Shown: one piece after another, positions 25,958 through 38,710 of the stretch | How the letters are laid out: every line of letters starts with the position of its first letter | How positions within the stretch are numbered: the first letter of the stretch is position 1 | Source of the DNA: Escherichia coli | Lineage (GTDB): Bacteria; Pseudomonadota; Gammaproteobacteria; Enterobacterales; Enterobacteriaceae | Assembly: GCF_013122565.1 (NCBI RefSeq) | Contig: NZ_CP053258.1 | Length of the DNA: 64,000 nt | Reading direction: 5' to 3' (one strand) | The notes under the pieces: model-generated | Seen by the model: the letters and a program-made list of their open reading frames with translations, nothing else | Told to the model about the DNA's origin: nothing | Databases searched by the model: none | Translations under genes and position numbers: made by a program

Positions 25958-26866
25958 ATGGATCAAAAACGACTTACTCACCTGCGGCAACTGGAGGCGG
26001 AAAGCATCCACATTATTCGCGAGGTGGCGGCAGAATTCTCAAATCCGGTGATGCTCTACTCTATCGGTAAAGATTCCAGCGTCATGCTGCATCTGGCGCG
26101 CAAGGCGTTTTATCCAGGTACGCTGCCTTTCCCGTTGCTGCATGTTGATACCGGCTGGAAATTCCGCGAGATGTATGAGTTCCGCGATCGTACGGCGAAA
26201 GCCTACGGCTGCGAGCTGCTGGTGCATAAAAACCCGGAAGGCGTGGCGATGGGGATTAATCCATTCGTGCACGGCAGCGCGAAACATACCGATATTATGA
26301 AGACCGAAGGCCTGAAGCAGGCGCTGAATAAATACGGTTTTGATGCCGCCTTCGGTGGTGCGCGCCGTGACGAAGAGAAATCCCGCGCTAAAGAGCGAAT
26401 CTACTCTTTCCGTGACCGCTTCCATCGCTGGGATCCGAAAAATCAGCGCCCGGAGCTGTGGCACAACTACAACGGGCAAATTAATAAAGGCGAAAGCATC
26501 CGCGTCTTCCCGCTCTCTAACTGGACCGAGCAGGATATCTGGCAATACATCTGGCTGGAAAATATCGACATTGTTCCGCTGTATCTCGCTGCGGAACGAC
26601 CGGTTCTGGAACGTGACGGTATGTTGATGATGATTGATGACAACCGTATCGACCTGCAACCGGGCGAAGTCATTAAAAAACGGATGGTGCGTTTCCGTAC
26701 GCTGGGCTGCTGGCCGCTGACCGGTGCGGTGGAGTCAAATGCACAAACACTGCCGGAGATCATCGAAGAGATGCTGGTCTCCACCACCAGTGAACGTCAG
26801 GGTCGCGTGATTGACCGCGACCAGGCGGGATCCATGGAGCTGAAAAAACGTCAGGGGTATTTTTAA
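25958..26866 (+). CDS. cysD: Sulfate adenylyltransferase subunit 2
   Basis: 302 aa; PAPS-reductase-like fold. Confidence 0.96.
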   Translation: MDQKRLTHLRQLEAESIHIIREVAAEFSNPVMLYSIGKDSSVMLHLARKAFYPGTLPFPLLHVDTGWKFREMYEFRDRTAKAYGCELLVHKNPEGVAMGINPFVHGSAKHTDIMKTEGLKQALNKYGFDAAFGGARRDEEKSRAKERIYSFRDRFHRWDPKNQRPELWHNYNGQINKGESIRVFPLSNWTEQDIWQYIWLENIDIVPLYLAAERPVLERDGMLMMIDDNRIDLQPGEVIKKRMVRFRTLGCWPLTGAVESNAQTLPEIIEEMLVSTTSERQGRVIDRDQAGSMELKKRQGYF

Positions 26867-26867
26867 G

Positions 26868-28295
26868 ATGAACACCGCACTTGCACAACAAATCGCCAAT
26901 GAAGGCGGCGTCGAAGCCTGGATGATTGCGCAACAACATAAAAGCCTGCTGCGTTTTCTGACCTGTGGTAGCGTCGATGACGGCAAAAGTACCCTGATTG
27001 GCCGCCTGCTGCACGATACCCGCCAAATCTACGAAGATCAGCTTTCATCGCTGCATAACGACAGTAAGCGTCACGGCACCCAGGGCGAAAAGCTGGATCT
27101 GGCACTGTTGGTGGACGGCCTGCAAGCTGAGCGCGAACAGGGCATCACCATTGACGTGGCTTACCGTTATTTCTCTACCGAGAAGCGTAAATTTATTATC
27201 GCCGACACCCCAGGACATGAGCAGTACACCCGCAATATGGCGACTGGCGCATCGACATGTGAACTGGCGATCTTACTGATCGATGCCCGTAAAGGCGTGC
27301 TCGATCAAACCCGTCGTCACAGTTTTATCTCCACACTGTTGGGGATCAAACATCTGGTCGTGGCGATCAACAAAATGGATCTGGTGGATTACAGTGAAGA
27401 GACGTTCACCCGTATTCGTGAAGATTATTTGACCTTTGCCGGGCAGCTGCCGGGTAATCTGGATATCCGCTTTGTGCCGCTCTCTGCACTGGAAGGCGAC
27501 AACGTGGCTTCGCAAAGTGAAAGTATGCCGTGGTACAGCGGTCCGACACTGCTCGAAGTGCTGGAAACCGTGGAGATCCAGCGAGTGGTGGATGCCCAGC
27601 CAATGCGCTTCCCGGTGCAGTACGTTAACCGCCCAAATCTCGATTTTCGTGGCTACGCCGGAACGCTGGCATCCGGTCGCGTGGAAGTCGGGCAACGTGT
27701 AAAAGTGCTGCCCTCTGGTGTGGAATCAAACGTCGCGCGGATCGTGACTTTTGATGGTGATCGCGAAGAAGCCTTTGCCGGAGAAGCGATCACCCTGGTG
27801 CTGACGGATGAGATCGACATCAGCCGTGGCGATCTGCTGCTGGCGGCAGACGAAGCGTTACCGGCGGTGCAGAGCGCGTCGGTGGATGTGGTATGGATGG
27901 CGGAACAGCCGCTTTCTCCAGGGCAGAGTTACGACATCAAAATTGCCGGTAAGAAGACGCGCGCGCGTGTTGATGGCATTCGCTATCAGGTTGATATTAA
28001 TAACCTTACCCAGCGTGAAGTTGAAAACCTGCCACTGAATGGGATCGGCCTCGTGGATCTCACTTTTGACGAGCCGCTGGTGTTAGATCGTTATCAACAA
28101 AATCCGGTGACGGGTGGGCTGATTTTTATCGATCGCCTGAGCAATGTGACCGTGGGTGCCGGTATGGTGCACGAGCCAGTTAGCCAGGCAACTGCTGCGC
28201 CATCTGAATTCAGTGCATTCGAACTGGAATTGAATGCTCTGGTTCGTCGCCACTTTCCGCACTGGGGCGCGCGCGATTTGCTGGGGGATAAATAA
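26868..28295 (+). CDS. cysN: Sulfate adenylyltransferase subunit 1 (GTPase)
   Basis: 475 aa; GTP-binding motifs ([19 protein letters not shown]). Confidence 0.96.
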
Positions 28296-28900
28296 TGGCG
28301 CTGCATGACGAAAACGTCGTCTGGCATAGCCATCCGGTCACTGTGCAACAACGCGAGCTACACCACGGTCATCGTGGTGTAGTGCTGTGGTTTACCGGCC
28401 TCTCTGGGTCCGGTAAATCAACGGTCGCCGGGGCGCTGGAGGAGGCGTTACATAAACTCGGCGTCAGTACGTATCTGCTGGATGGCGACAATGTTCGCCA
28501 CGGATTATGCAGCGATCTCGGTTTTAGCGATGCCGATCGTAAAGAGAATATCCGTCGCGTCGGTGAAGTGGCGAATTTGATGGTTGAAGCCGGACTGGTG
28601 GTGCTGACCGCATTTATCTCGCCACACCGCGCCGAACGCCAGATGGTTCGTGAACGCGTAGGAGAAGGGCGCTTTATCGAAGTGTTTGTCGATACGCCGC
28701 TTGCGATTTGCGAAGCCCGCGATCCAAAAGGCTTATATAAGAAAGCGCGTGCCGGTGAACTGCGCAACTTTACGGGAATAGATTCCGTTTACGAAGCGCC
28801 TGAATCGGCAGAAATTCATCTCAATGGTGAACAATTAGTAACAAATTTGGTACAGCAATTATTAGATCTGTTGAGACAGAACGATATTATCAGATCCTGA
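28295..28900 (+). CDS. cysC: Adenylylsulfate (APS) kinase
   Basis: 201 aa; P-loop GLSGSGKST; start overlaps the cysN stop. Confidence 0.96.
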
Positions 28901-28949
28901 GACACCACCGGGTTTCCATGCCCGGTTCGTCAAAGTAACAGGATCAAAT

Positions 28950-29273
28950 ATGCGTAATAGCCATAACATTACACTAACAAATAACGACAGCCTTACTGAG
29001 GATGAAGAAACCACATGGTCACTGCCTGGTGCCGTGGTCGGTTTTATCTCCTGGTTATTTGCGCTGGCGATGCCGATGTTGATTTATGGCTCTAACACGC
29101 TGTTCTTCTTTATCTACACCTGGCCTTTCTTTCTGGCGCTGATGCCCGTCGCGGTAGTGGTGGGGATTGCGCTGCATTCATTGATGGACGGAAAGCTACG
29201 ATACAGTATTGTTTTCACCCTGGTGACAGTAGGCATTATGTTTGGCGCACTGTTTATGTGGCTACTGGGCTAA
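28950..29273 (+). CDS. ygbE: DUF3561 inner-membrane protein YgbE
   Basis: 107 aa, hydrophobic helices; conserved position between cysC and ftsB. Confidence 0.8.
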   Translation: MRNSHNITLTNNDSLTEDEETTWSLPGAVVGFISWLFALAMPMLIYGSNTLFFFIYTWPFFLALMPVAVVVGIALHSLMDGKLRYSIVFTLVTVGIMFGALFMWLLG

Positions 29274-29466
29274 TTTGTACTTTCCCGTCTCCTCTGTTCA
29301 TAATTCAAACCGTAACTAATAATGAGATTATGTTCTGCACGCCCTGGGTATACGTAACAATGGACAAATGTGGTACATTTGCCCGCGTTGTCGCGGTATC
29401 CCCAACAGAGGATGTAGAGTCGTCTTCGGATGCATGGGATGATGATGCCGTTTTTCAGGGGGCAGG

Positions 29467-29778
29467 ATGGGTAAACTAACGCTGCTGTTGCTGGCTATTC
29501 TGGTCTGGCTACAGTATTCGCTGTGGTTCGGTAAGAACGGTATACATGACTATACCCGCGTCAATGATGATGTGGCGGCACAGCAAGCTACAAACGCGAA
29601 ACTTAAAGCGCGAAACGATCAACTTTTTGCCGAAATTGACGATCTCAATGGCGGCCAGGAGGCGCTCGAAGAGCGTGCGCGTAATGAACTCAGCATGACC
29701 AGGCCGGGCGAAACTTTTTATCGTCTGGTGCCTGACGCGTCGAAGCGCGCACAGTCTGCGGGGCAAAACAATCGATAA
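29467..29778 (+). CDS. ftsB: Cell division protein FtsB
   Basis: 103 aa; N-terminal TM segment plus coiled coil. Confidence 0.92.
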
Positions 29779-29796
29779 ATCAGCCCGGGAATTAAC

Positions 29797-30507
29797 ATGG
29801 CAACCACTCATTTGGATGTTTGCGCCGTGGTTCCGGCGGCCGGATTTGGCCGTCGAATGCAAACGGAATGTCCTAAGCAATATCTCTCAATCGGTAATCA
29901 AACCATTCTTGAACACTCGGTACATGCGCTGCTGGCACATCCCCGGGTGACACGTGTCGTCATTGCCATAAGTCCTGGCGATAGCCGTTTTGCACAACTT
30001 CCTCTGGCGAATCATCCGCAAATCACCGTTGTAGATGGCGGTGATGAGCGTGCCGATTCCGTGCTGGCAGGTCTGAAAGCCGCTGGCGATGCGCAGTGGG
30101 TATTGGTGCATGACGCCGCTCGTCCTTGTCTGCATCAGGATGACCTCGCGCGATTGTTGGCGTTGAGCGAAACCAGCCGCACGGGGGGGATCCTCGCCGC
30201 ACCAGTGCGCGATACTATGAAACGTGCCGAACCGGGCAAAAATGCCATTGCTCATACCGTTGATCGCAACGGCTTATGGCACGCGCTGACGCCGCAATTT
30301 TTCCCTCGTGAGCTGTTACATGACTGTCTGACGCGCGCTCTAAATGAAGGCGCGACTATTACCGACGAAGCCTCGGCGCTGGAATATTGCGGATTCCATC
30401 CTCAGTTGGTCGAAGGCCGTGCGGATAACATTAAAGTCACGCGCCCGGAAGATTTGGCACTGGCCGAGTTTTACCTCACCCGAACCATCCATCAGGAGAA
30501 TACATAA
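29797..30507 (+). CDS. ispD: 2-C-methyl-D-erythritol 4-phosphate cytidylyltransferase
   Basis: 236 aa; [21 protein letters not shown]. Confidence 0.95.
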
Positions 30508-30986
30508 TGCGAATTGGACACGGTTTTGACGTACACGCCTTTGGCGGTGAAGGCCCAATTATCATTGGTGGCGTACGCATTCCTTACGAAAAAGGATTGC
30601 TGGCGCATTCTGATGGCGACGTGGCGCTCCATGCGTTGACCGATGCATTGCTTGGCGCGGCGGCGCTGGGGGATATCGGCAAACTGTTCCCGGATACCGA
30701 TCCGGCATTTAAAGGTGCCGATAGCCGCGAGCTGCTACGCGAAGCCTGGCGTCGTATTCAGGCGAAGGGTTATACCCTTGGCAACGTCGATGTCACTATC
30801 ATCGCTCAGGCACCGAAGATGTTGCCGCACATTCCACAAATGCGCGTGTTTATTGCCGAAGATCTCGGCTGCCATATGGATGATGTTAACGTGAAAGCCA
30901 CTACTACGGAAAAACTTGGATTTACCGGACGTGGGGAAGGGATTGCCTGTGAAGCGGTGGCGCTACTCATTAAGGCAACAAAATGA
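30507..30986 (+). CDS. ispF: 2-C-methyl-D-erythritol 2,4-cyclodiphosphate synthase
   Basis: 159 aa; [13 protein letters not shown]. Confidence 0.96.
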
Positions 30987-32012
30987 TTGAGTTTGATAAT
31001 CTCACTTACCTCCACGGTAAACCGCAAGGCACCGGGCTGCTGAAAGCCAATCCGGAAGACTTTGTGGTGGTGGAAGATTTGGGCTTTGAGCCTGATGGTG
31101 AAGGTGAGCATATTCTGGTTAGAATCCTCAAAAACGGCTGCAATACCCGTTTTGTGGCGGATGCACTGGCGAAATTCCTGAAAATTCATTCCCGTGAAGT
31201 CAGCTTCGCTGGGCAAAAAGACAAACATGCTGTTACGGAACAGTGGTTATGCGCTCGCGTGCCGGGCAAAGAGATGCCCGATCTGAGTGCCTTTCAACTG
31301 GAAGGCTGCCAGGTGCTGGAGTATGCGCGGCACAAGCGTAAGTTGCGTTTAGGTGCACTAAAAGGTAATGCCTTCACTCTGGTGCTGCGCGATGTAAGCA
31401 ACCGTGACGATGTTGAACAACGTCTCATCGATATTTGCGTAAAAGGTGTACCGAACTACTTCGGTGCCCAACGTTTTGGGATTGGCGGTAGCAACTTGCA
31501 GGGTGCGCTGCGCTGGGCGCAAACCAATACTCCGGTGCGCGATCGCAATAAACGGAGTTTTTGGTTGTCGGCAGCCCGCAGTGCGTTGTTTAATCAGATT
31601 GTTGCTGAGCGCCTCAAAAAAGCAGACGTTAATCAAGTTGTTGACGGCGATGCGCTACAATTAGCCGGACGTGGTAGCTGGTTTGTCGCAACCACCGAAG
31701 AACTGGCGGAATTACAGCGTCGCGTCAACGATAAAGAGTTGATGATAACCGCCGCATTGCCGGGCAGTGGCGAATGGGGAACTCAGCGTGAAGCGCTGGC
31801 ATTCGAACAAGCAGCTGTCGCCGCAGAAACTGAATTACAAGCCTTACTGGTGCGCGAAAAAGTTGAAGCCGCGCGCAGAGCGATGCTGCTGTATCCGCAA
31901 CAATTAAGCTGGAACTGGTGGGATGACGTCACCGTAGAAATCCGTTTCTGGCTTCCGGCGGGTAGTTTTGCAACCAGCGTTGTCAGGGAACTTATCAACA
32001 CAACAGGTGATT

Positions 32013-32032
<20 letters not shown>
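30983..32032 (+). CDS. truD: tRNA pseudouridine13 synthase
   Basis: 349 aa; overlaps the ispF stop. Confidence 0.94.
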
Positions 32033-33394
<1,362 letters not shown>

Positions 33395-33532
33395 AACGTG
33401 AGGAAATACCTGGATTTTTCCTGGTTATTTTGCCGCAGGTCAGCGTATCGTGAACATCTTTTCCAGTGTTCAGTATGGTGCCTTGCACGGTAATTATGTC
33501 ACTGGTTATTAACCAATTTTCCTGGGGGATAA

Positions 33533-34672
33533 ATGAGCGCGGGAAGCCCAAAATTCACCGTTCGCCGCATTGCGGCATTGTCACTGGTTTCGCTATGGCT
33601 GGCAGGCTGTTCTGACACTTCAAATCCACCAGCACCGGTCAGCTCCGTTAATGGCAATGCGCCTGCAAATACCAATTCTGGTATGTTGATTACGCCGCCG
33701 CCGAAAATGGGGACGACGTCTACAGCGCAGCAACCGCAAATTCAGCCGGTGCAGCAGCCACAAATTCAGGCTACTCAACAACCGCAAATCCAGCCAGTGC
33801 AGCCAGTAGCTCAGCAGCCGGTACAGATGGAAAACGGACGCATCGTCTATAACCGTCAGTATGGGAACATTCCGAAAGGCAGTTATAGCGGCAGTACCTA
33901 TACCGTGAAAAAAGGCGACACGCTTTTCTATATCGCCTGGATAACTGGCAACGATTTCCGTGACCTTGCTCAGCGCAACAATATTCAGGCACCATACGCG
34001 CTGAACGTCGGTCAGACCTTACAGGTGGGTAATGCTTCCGGTACGCCAATCACTGGCGGAAATGCCATTACCCAGGCCGACGCAGCAGAGCAAGGAGTTG
34101 TGATCAAGCCTGCACAAAATTCCACCGTTGCTGTTGCGTCGCAACCGACAATTACGTATTCTGAGTCTTCGGGTGAACAGAGTGCTAACAAAATGTTGCC
34201 GAACAACAAGCCAACTGCGACCACGGTCACAGCGCCTGTAACGGTACCAACAGCAAGCACAACCGAGCCGACTGTCAGCAGTACATCAACCAGTACGCCT
34301 ATCTCCACCTGGCGCTGGCCGACTGAGGGCAAAGTGATCGAAACCTTTGGCGCTTCTGAGGGGGGCAACAAGGGGATTGATATCGCAGGCAGCAAAGGAC
34401 AGGCAATTATCGCGACCGCAGATGGCCGCGTTGTTTATGCCGGTAACGCGCTGCGCGGCTACGGTAATCTGATTATCATCAAACATAATGATGATTACCT
34501 GAGTGCCTACGCCCATAACGACACAATGCTGGTCCGGGAACAACAAGAAGTGAAGGCGGGGCAAAAAATAGCAACCATGGGTAGCACCGGAACCAGTTCA
34601 ACACGCTTGCATTTTGAAATTCGTTACAAGGGGAAATCCGTAAACCCGCTGCGTTATTTGCCGCAGCGATAA
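33533..34672 (+). CDS. nlpD: Lipoprotein NlpD (LysM plus M23 peptidase-like)
   Basis: 379 aa; lipobox LAGCS, Gln/Pro repeats, LysM and M23 domains. Confidence 0.94.
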   Translation: MSAGSPKFTVRRIAALSLVSLWLAGCSDTSNPPAPVSSVNGNAPANTNSGMLITPPPKMGTTSTAQQPQIQPVQQPQIQATQQPQIQPVQPVAQQPVQMENGRIVYNRQYGNIPKGSYSGSTYTVKKGDTLFYIAWITGNDFRDLAQRNNIQAPYALNVGQTLQVGNASGTPITGGNAITQADAAEQGVVIKPAQNSTVAVASQPTITYSESSGEQSANKMLPNNKPTATTVTAPVTVPTASTTEPTVSSTSTSTPISTWRWPTEGKVIETFGASEGGNKGIDIAGSKGQAIIATADGRVVYAGNALRGYGNLIIIKHNDDYLSAYAHNDTMLVREQQEVKAGQKIATMGSTGTSSTRLHFEIRYKGKSVNPLRYLPQR

Positions 34673-34734
34673 ATCGGCGGAACCAGGCTTTTGCTTGAAT
34701 GTTCCGTCAAGGGATCACGGGTAGGAGCCACCTT

Positions 34735-35727
34735 ATGAGTCAGAATACGCTGAAAGTTCATGATTTAAATGAAGATGCGGAATTTGATGAGAACGGAGTT
34801 GAGGTTTTTGACGAAAAGGCCTTAGTAGAAGAGGAACCCAGTGATAACGATTTGGCCGAAGAGGAACTGTTATCGCAGGGAGCCACACAGCGTGTGTTGG
34901 ACGCGACTCAGCTTTACCTTGGTGAGATTGGTTATTCACCACTGTTAACGGCCGAAGAAGAAGTTTATTTTGCGCGTCGCGCACTGCGTGGAGATGTTGC
35001 CTCTCGCCGCCGGATGATCGAGAGTAACTTGCGTCTGGTGGTAAAAATTGCCCGCCGTTATGGCAATCGTGGTCTGGCGTTGCTGGACCTTATCGAAGAG
35101 GGCAACCTGGGGCTGATCCGCGCGGTAGAGAAGTTTGACCCGGAACGTGGTTTCCGCTTCTCAACATACGCAACCTGGTGGATTCGCCAGACGATCGAAC
35201 GGGCGATTATGAACCAAACCCGTACTATTCGTTTGCCGATTCACATCGTAAAGGAGCTGAACGTTTACCTGCGAACCGCACGCGAGTTGTCCCATAAACT
35301 GGACCACGAACCAAGTGCGGAAGAGATCGCAGAGCAACTGGATAAGCCAGTTGATGACGTCAGTCGTATGCTTCGTCTTAACGAGCGCATTACCTCGGTA
35401 GACACCCCGCTGGGTGGTGATTCCGAAAAAGCGTTGCTGGACATCCTGGCCGATGAAAAAGAGAACGGTCCGGAAGATACCACGCAAGATGACGATATGA
35501 AGCAGAGCATCGTCAAATGGCTGTTCGAGCTGAACGCCAAACAGCGTGAAGTACTGGCACGTCGATTCGGTTTGCTGGGGTACGAAGCGGCAACACTGGA
35601 AGATGTAGGTCGTGAAATTGGCCTCACCCGTGAACGTGTTCGCCAGATTCAGGTTGAAGGCCTGCGCCGTTTGCGCGAAATCCTGCAAACGCAGGGGCTG
35701 AATATCGAAGCGCTGTTCCGCGAATAA
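34735..35727 (+). CDS. rpoS: RNA polymerase sigma factor RpoS (sigma-38)
   Basis: ORF track 34699..35727; start [14 protein letters not shown] gives 330 aa; codon 33 is GAG (Glu) and the frame is intact. Confidence 0.96.
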   Translation: MSQNTLKVHDLNEDAEFDENGVEVFDEKALVEEEPSDNDLAEEELLSQGATQRVLDATQLYLGEIGYSPLLTAEEEVYFARRALRGDVASRRRMIESNLRLVVKIARRYGNRGLALLDLIEEGNLGLIRAVEKFDPERGFRFSTYATWWIRQTIERAIMNQTRTIRLPIHIVKELNVYLRTARELSHKLDHEPSAEEIAEQLDKPVDDVSRMLRLNERITSVDTPLGGDSEKALLDILADEKENGPEDTTQDDDMKQSIVKWLFELNAKQREVLARRFGLLGYEAATLEDVGREIGLTRERVRQIQVEGLRRLREILQTQGLNIEALFRE

Positions 35728-35743
35728 GTAAGCATCTGTCAGA

Positions 35744-35780
35744 AAGGCCAGTCTCAAGCGAGGCTGGCCTTTTTTCTTTT
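35744..35780 (+). terminator. rpoS rho-independent terminator
   Basis: aaaggccag-tctcaagcgagg-ctggccttttttctttt. Confidence 0.7.
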
Positions 35781-35847
35781 GTTTGGGAAGCATGTGTTTT
35801 TGTCGCCTGGATAAGACACGTCAGCGTCCTACCCGGCAATCAGCATT

Positions 35848-36255
35848 CTATGTGTTCATCATCTTGCGCACCAACTGCATAAACAGCTCCTGCTCTTCTG
35901 CACTCAAACGCCCCAAAAATTCCTCATCCACGCTGTCACCAATGGGGATCGCCGCAGCAAGTACCTTTTCTCCTTCGGCAGTCAGCCAGACAAAGCGTCG
36001 CCGCTTGTCAGCGGCGTCATGTTCACGTCTGACTAAGCCACGATTTTCCATTCTTGCCAACATTTCTGCCAGCGTTGCTTTGGTGCTGACTGCTGCTTCT
36101 ATCAGTGCCACCTGTTCGATACCAGGCTTATCAGCAATGGCGCGCATCACCGCGTACTGTGGTTTGGTCAGGTCAGGTAACTCGTGCTGCCAGCGAGCCG
36201 TGTGCTGCTGAAAAAGCTGTCGTAACTGATGGAACGCTTTATTTCGTAACGCCAT
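35848..36255 (-). CDS. MarR/SlyA-family transcriptional regulator
   Basis: 135 aa; winged-helix MarR-like sequence; divergent from the decarboxylase genes. Confidence 0.8.
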   Translation of the reverse strand: MALRNKAFHQLRQLFQQHTARWQHELPDLTKPQYAVMRAIADKPGIEQVALIEAAVSTKATLAEMLARMENRGLVRREHDAADKRRRFVWLTAEGEKVLAAAIPIGDSVDEEFLGRLSAEEQELFMQLVRKMMNT

Positions 36256-36370
36256 GTAAACTCCGGGCTAATTCTCTGCCGCTATCATAGCGGTTTTTCA
36301 GTGACGAAGAAGATGTTGTTACTTTTCAGCGCTTGCCGCGATGAAAACAGAGGCGTATTTTAATAATAAC

Positions 36371-36384
36371 GTTCGTATACGAAC
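36371..36384. promoter_or_regulatory. Candidate operator: perfect 14-bp palindrome GTTCGTATACGAAC
   Basis: Perfect inverted repeat about 18 bp upstream of the UbiX-like start, in the divergent intergenic region with the MarR-family gene. Confidence 0.4.
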
Positions 36385-36401
36385 AATTTAGAGAGTAAGC
36401 A

Positions 36402-36995
36402 ATGAAACTGATCGTCGGGATGACAGGGGCCACCGGAGCGCCTCTTGGTGTGGCATTACTGCAAGCACTGCGGGAGATGCCGAATGTCGAGACTCATCTG
36501 GTGATGTCGAAGTGGGCGAAAACCACCATTGAACTGGAAACGCCTTACAGCGCCCGCGATGTTGCTGCCCTCGCTGACTTCAGCCATAACCCGGCGGATC
36601 AGGCGGCGACCATCTCCTCAGGTTCCTTTCGTACCGACGGCATGATCGTTATTCCGTGCAGTATGAAAACGCTCGCAGGTATCCGTGCCGGTTACGCCGA
36701 TGGCCTGGTAGGGCGCGCGGCGGACGTCGTGCTCAAAGAAGGCCGCAAACTGGTGCTGGTGCCGCGTGAAATGCCGCTTAGCACCATCCATCTCGAAAAT
36801 ATGCTCGCACTTTCACGCATGGGCGTGGCGATGGTGCCGCCGATGCCTGCCTTTTATAACCATCCCGAAACGGTAGATGACATTGTCCACCATGTGGTAG
36901 CCCGCGTGTTGGATCAATTTGGCCTCGAACATCCCCACGCCAGGCGCTGGCAAGGATTGCCGCAGGCCCTGAATTTTTCTCAGGAGAATGAATAA
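36402..36995 (+). CDS. UbiX/Pad1-family flavin prenyltransferase (decarboxylase B subunit)
   Basis: 197 aa; MKLIVGMTGATGA... flavoprotein fold of the UbiX family. Confidence 0.85.
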   Translation: MKLIVGMTGATGAPLGVALLQALREMPNVETHLVMSKWAKTTIELETPYSARDVAALADFSHNPADQAATISSGSFRTDGMIVIPCSMKTLAGIRAGYADGLVGRAADVVLKEGRKLVLVPREMPLSTIHLENMLALSRMGVAMVPPMPAFYNHPETVDDIVHHVVARVLDQFGLEHPHARRWQGLPQALNFSQENE

Positions 36996-38422
36996 TGGCA
37001 TTTGATGATTTACGCAGCTTTTTACTGGCGCTTGATGACCACGGCCAGTTACTGAAAATCAGCGAAGAGGTGAACGCGGAACCGGATCTGGCAGCAGCAG
37101 CTAACGCCACCGGGCGTATCGGCGATGGCGCGCCCGCGCTGTGGTTTGATAATATTCGCGGTTTTACCGATGCGCGCGTGGCGATGAATACCATCGGTTC
37201 CTGGCAGAACCACGCGATTTCCCTCGGCCTGCCGCCAAACACGCCGGTCAAAAAGCAGATTGATGAGTTTATCCGCCGCTGGGATAACTTCCCGATCGCC
37301 CCGGAGCGCCGCGCCAATCCAGCCTGGGCGCAGAACACCGTCGATGGCGACGAGATTAACCTGTTCGATATTCTGCCGCTGTTTCGTTTAAACGACGGTG
37401 ATGGCGGTTTCTATCTCGATAAAGCGTGCGTGGTTTCCCGCGACCCGCTCGATCCGGATAACTTCGGCAAGCAGAACGTCGGTATCTACCGCATGGAAGT
37501 GAAGGGCAAACGTAAGCTCGGCCTGCAACCGGTGCCGATGCACGATATCGCCCTGCATCTGCATAAAGCGGAAGAGCGCGGTGAAGATCTGCCGATTGCG
37601 ATCACCCTCGGTAACGATCCGATCATCACCCTGATGGGCGCCACCCCGCTGAAATACGATCAGTCTGAGTACGAAATGGCGGGCGCACTGCGCGAAAGCC
37701 CGTACCCGATCGCTACCGCGCCATTGACCGGTTTTGACGTGCCGTGGGGTTCTGAAGTGATCCTCGAAGGCGTTATCGAAAGCCGCAAACGTGAAATCGA
37801 AGGGCCATTCGGTGAGTTTACCGGCCACTACTCCGGCGGGCGTAACATGACCGTGGTGCGCATCGATAAAGTCTCTTACCGCACCAGGCCGATTTTCGAA
37901 TCGCTGTACCTCGGCATGCCGTGGACCGAAATCGACTACCTGATGGGGCCTGCCACCTGCGTGCCGCTTTACCAGCAACTGAAAGCCGAGTTCCCGGAAG
38001 TGCAGGCGGTAAACGCCATGTACACCCACGGCCTGCTGGCGATTATCTCCACCAAAAAACGCTACGGCGGCTTTGCCCGCGCGGTGGGGCTGCGAGCAAT
38101 GACAACGCCGCATGGTTTGGGCTACGTGAAGATGGTGATTATGGTCGATGAAGACGTTGATCCGTTCAACCTGCCACAGGTGATGTGGGCGCTCTCCTCG
38201 AAAGTGAACCCGGCGGGCGACCTGGTGCAGTTGCCGAATATGTCCGTGCTGGAACTCGACCCAGGTTCAAGCCCGGCGGGGATCACCGACAAGCTGATTA
38301 TCGACGCCACCACGCCTGTTGCCCCGGACAACCGTGGTCACTACAGCCAGCCGGTGGTGGATTTACCGGAAACCAAAGCCTGGGCTGAAAAACTGACCGC
38401 TATGCTGGCCGCACGTAAATAA
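36995..38422 (+). CDS. UbiD-family (prenyl-FMN-dependent) aromatic acid decarboxylase, C subunit
   Basis: 475 aa; translationally coupled to the UbiX-like gene (ATAATGG overlap). Confidence 0.85.
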   Translation: MAFDDLRSFLLALDDHGQLLKISEEVNAEPDLAAAANATGRIGDGAPALWFDNIRGFTDARVAMNTIGSWQNHAISLGLPPNTPVKKQIDEFIRRWDNFPIAPERRANPAWAQNTVDGDEINLFDILPLFRLNDGDGGFYLDKACVVSRDPLDPDNFGKQNVGIYRMEVKGKRKLGLQPVPMHDIALHLHKAEERGEDLPIAITLGNDPIITLMGATPLKYDQSEYEMAGALRESPYPIATAPLTGFDVPWGSEVILEGVIESRKREIEGPFGEFTGHYSGGRNMTVVRIDKVSYRTRPIFESLYLGMPWTEIDYLMGPATCVPLYQQLKAEFPEVQAVNAMYTHGLLAIISTKKRYGGFARAVGLRAMTTPHGLGYVKMVIMVDEDVDPFNLPQVMWALSSKVNPAGDLVQLPNMSVLELDPGSSPAGITDKLIIDATTPVAPDNRGHYSQPVVDLPETKAWAEKLTAMLAARK

Positions 38423-38432
38423 GGAGAACAAG

Positions 38433-38669
38433 ATGATTTGTCCACGTTGTGCCGATGAACAGATTGAAGTGATGGCGAAATCGCCGGTGAAAGATGTCTG
38501 GACGGTCTACCAGTGCCAGCATTGCCTTTATACCTGGCGCGATACCGAACCGCTACGCCGCACCAGTCGCGAACATTACCCGGAAGCGTTTCGCATGACG
38601 CAGAAAGATATTGATGATGCGCCAATGGTGCCGAGCATCCCGCCGCTGCTGGCGGCAGATAAGCGTTAA
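38433..38669 (+). CDS. Small zinc-ribbon decarboxylase subunit (D subunit)
   Basis: 78 aa with two CxxC pairs (CPRC ... CQHC); third gene of a B-C-D decarboxylase operon. Confidence 0.75.
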   Translation: MICPRCADEQIEVMAKSPVKDVWTVYQCQHCLYTWRDTEPLRRTSREHYPEAFRMTQKDIDDAPMVPSIPPLLAADKR

Positions 38670-38710
38670 TAAAAAAGTGCTGGGTAGAGGCTTTGCTTTA
38701 CCCGGCCACG

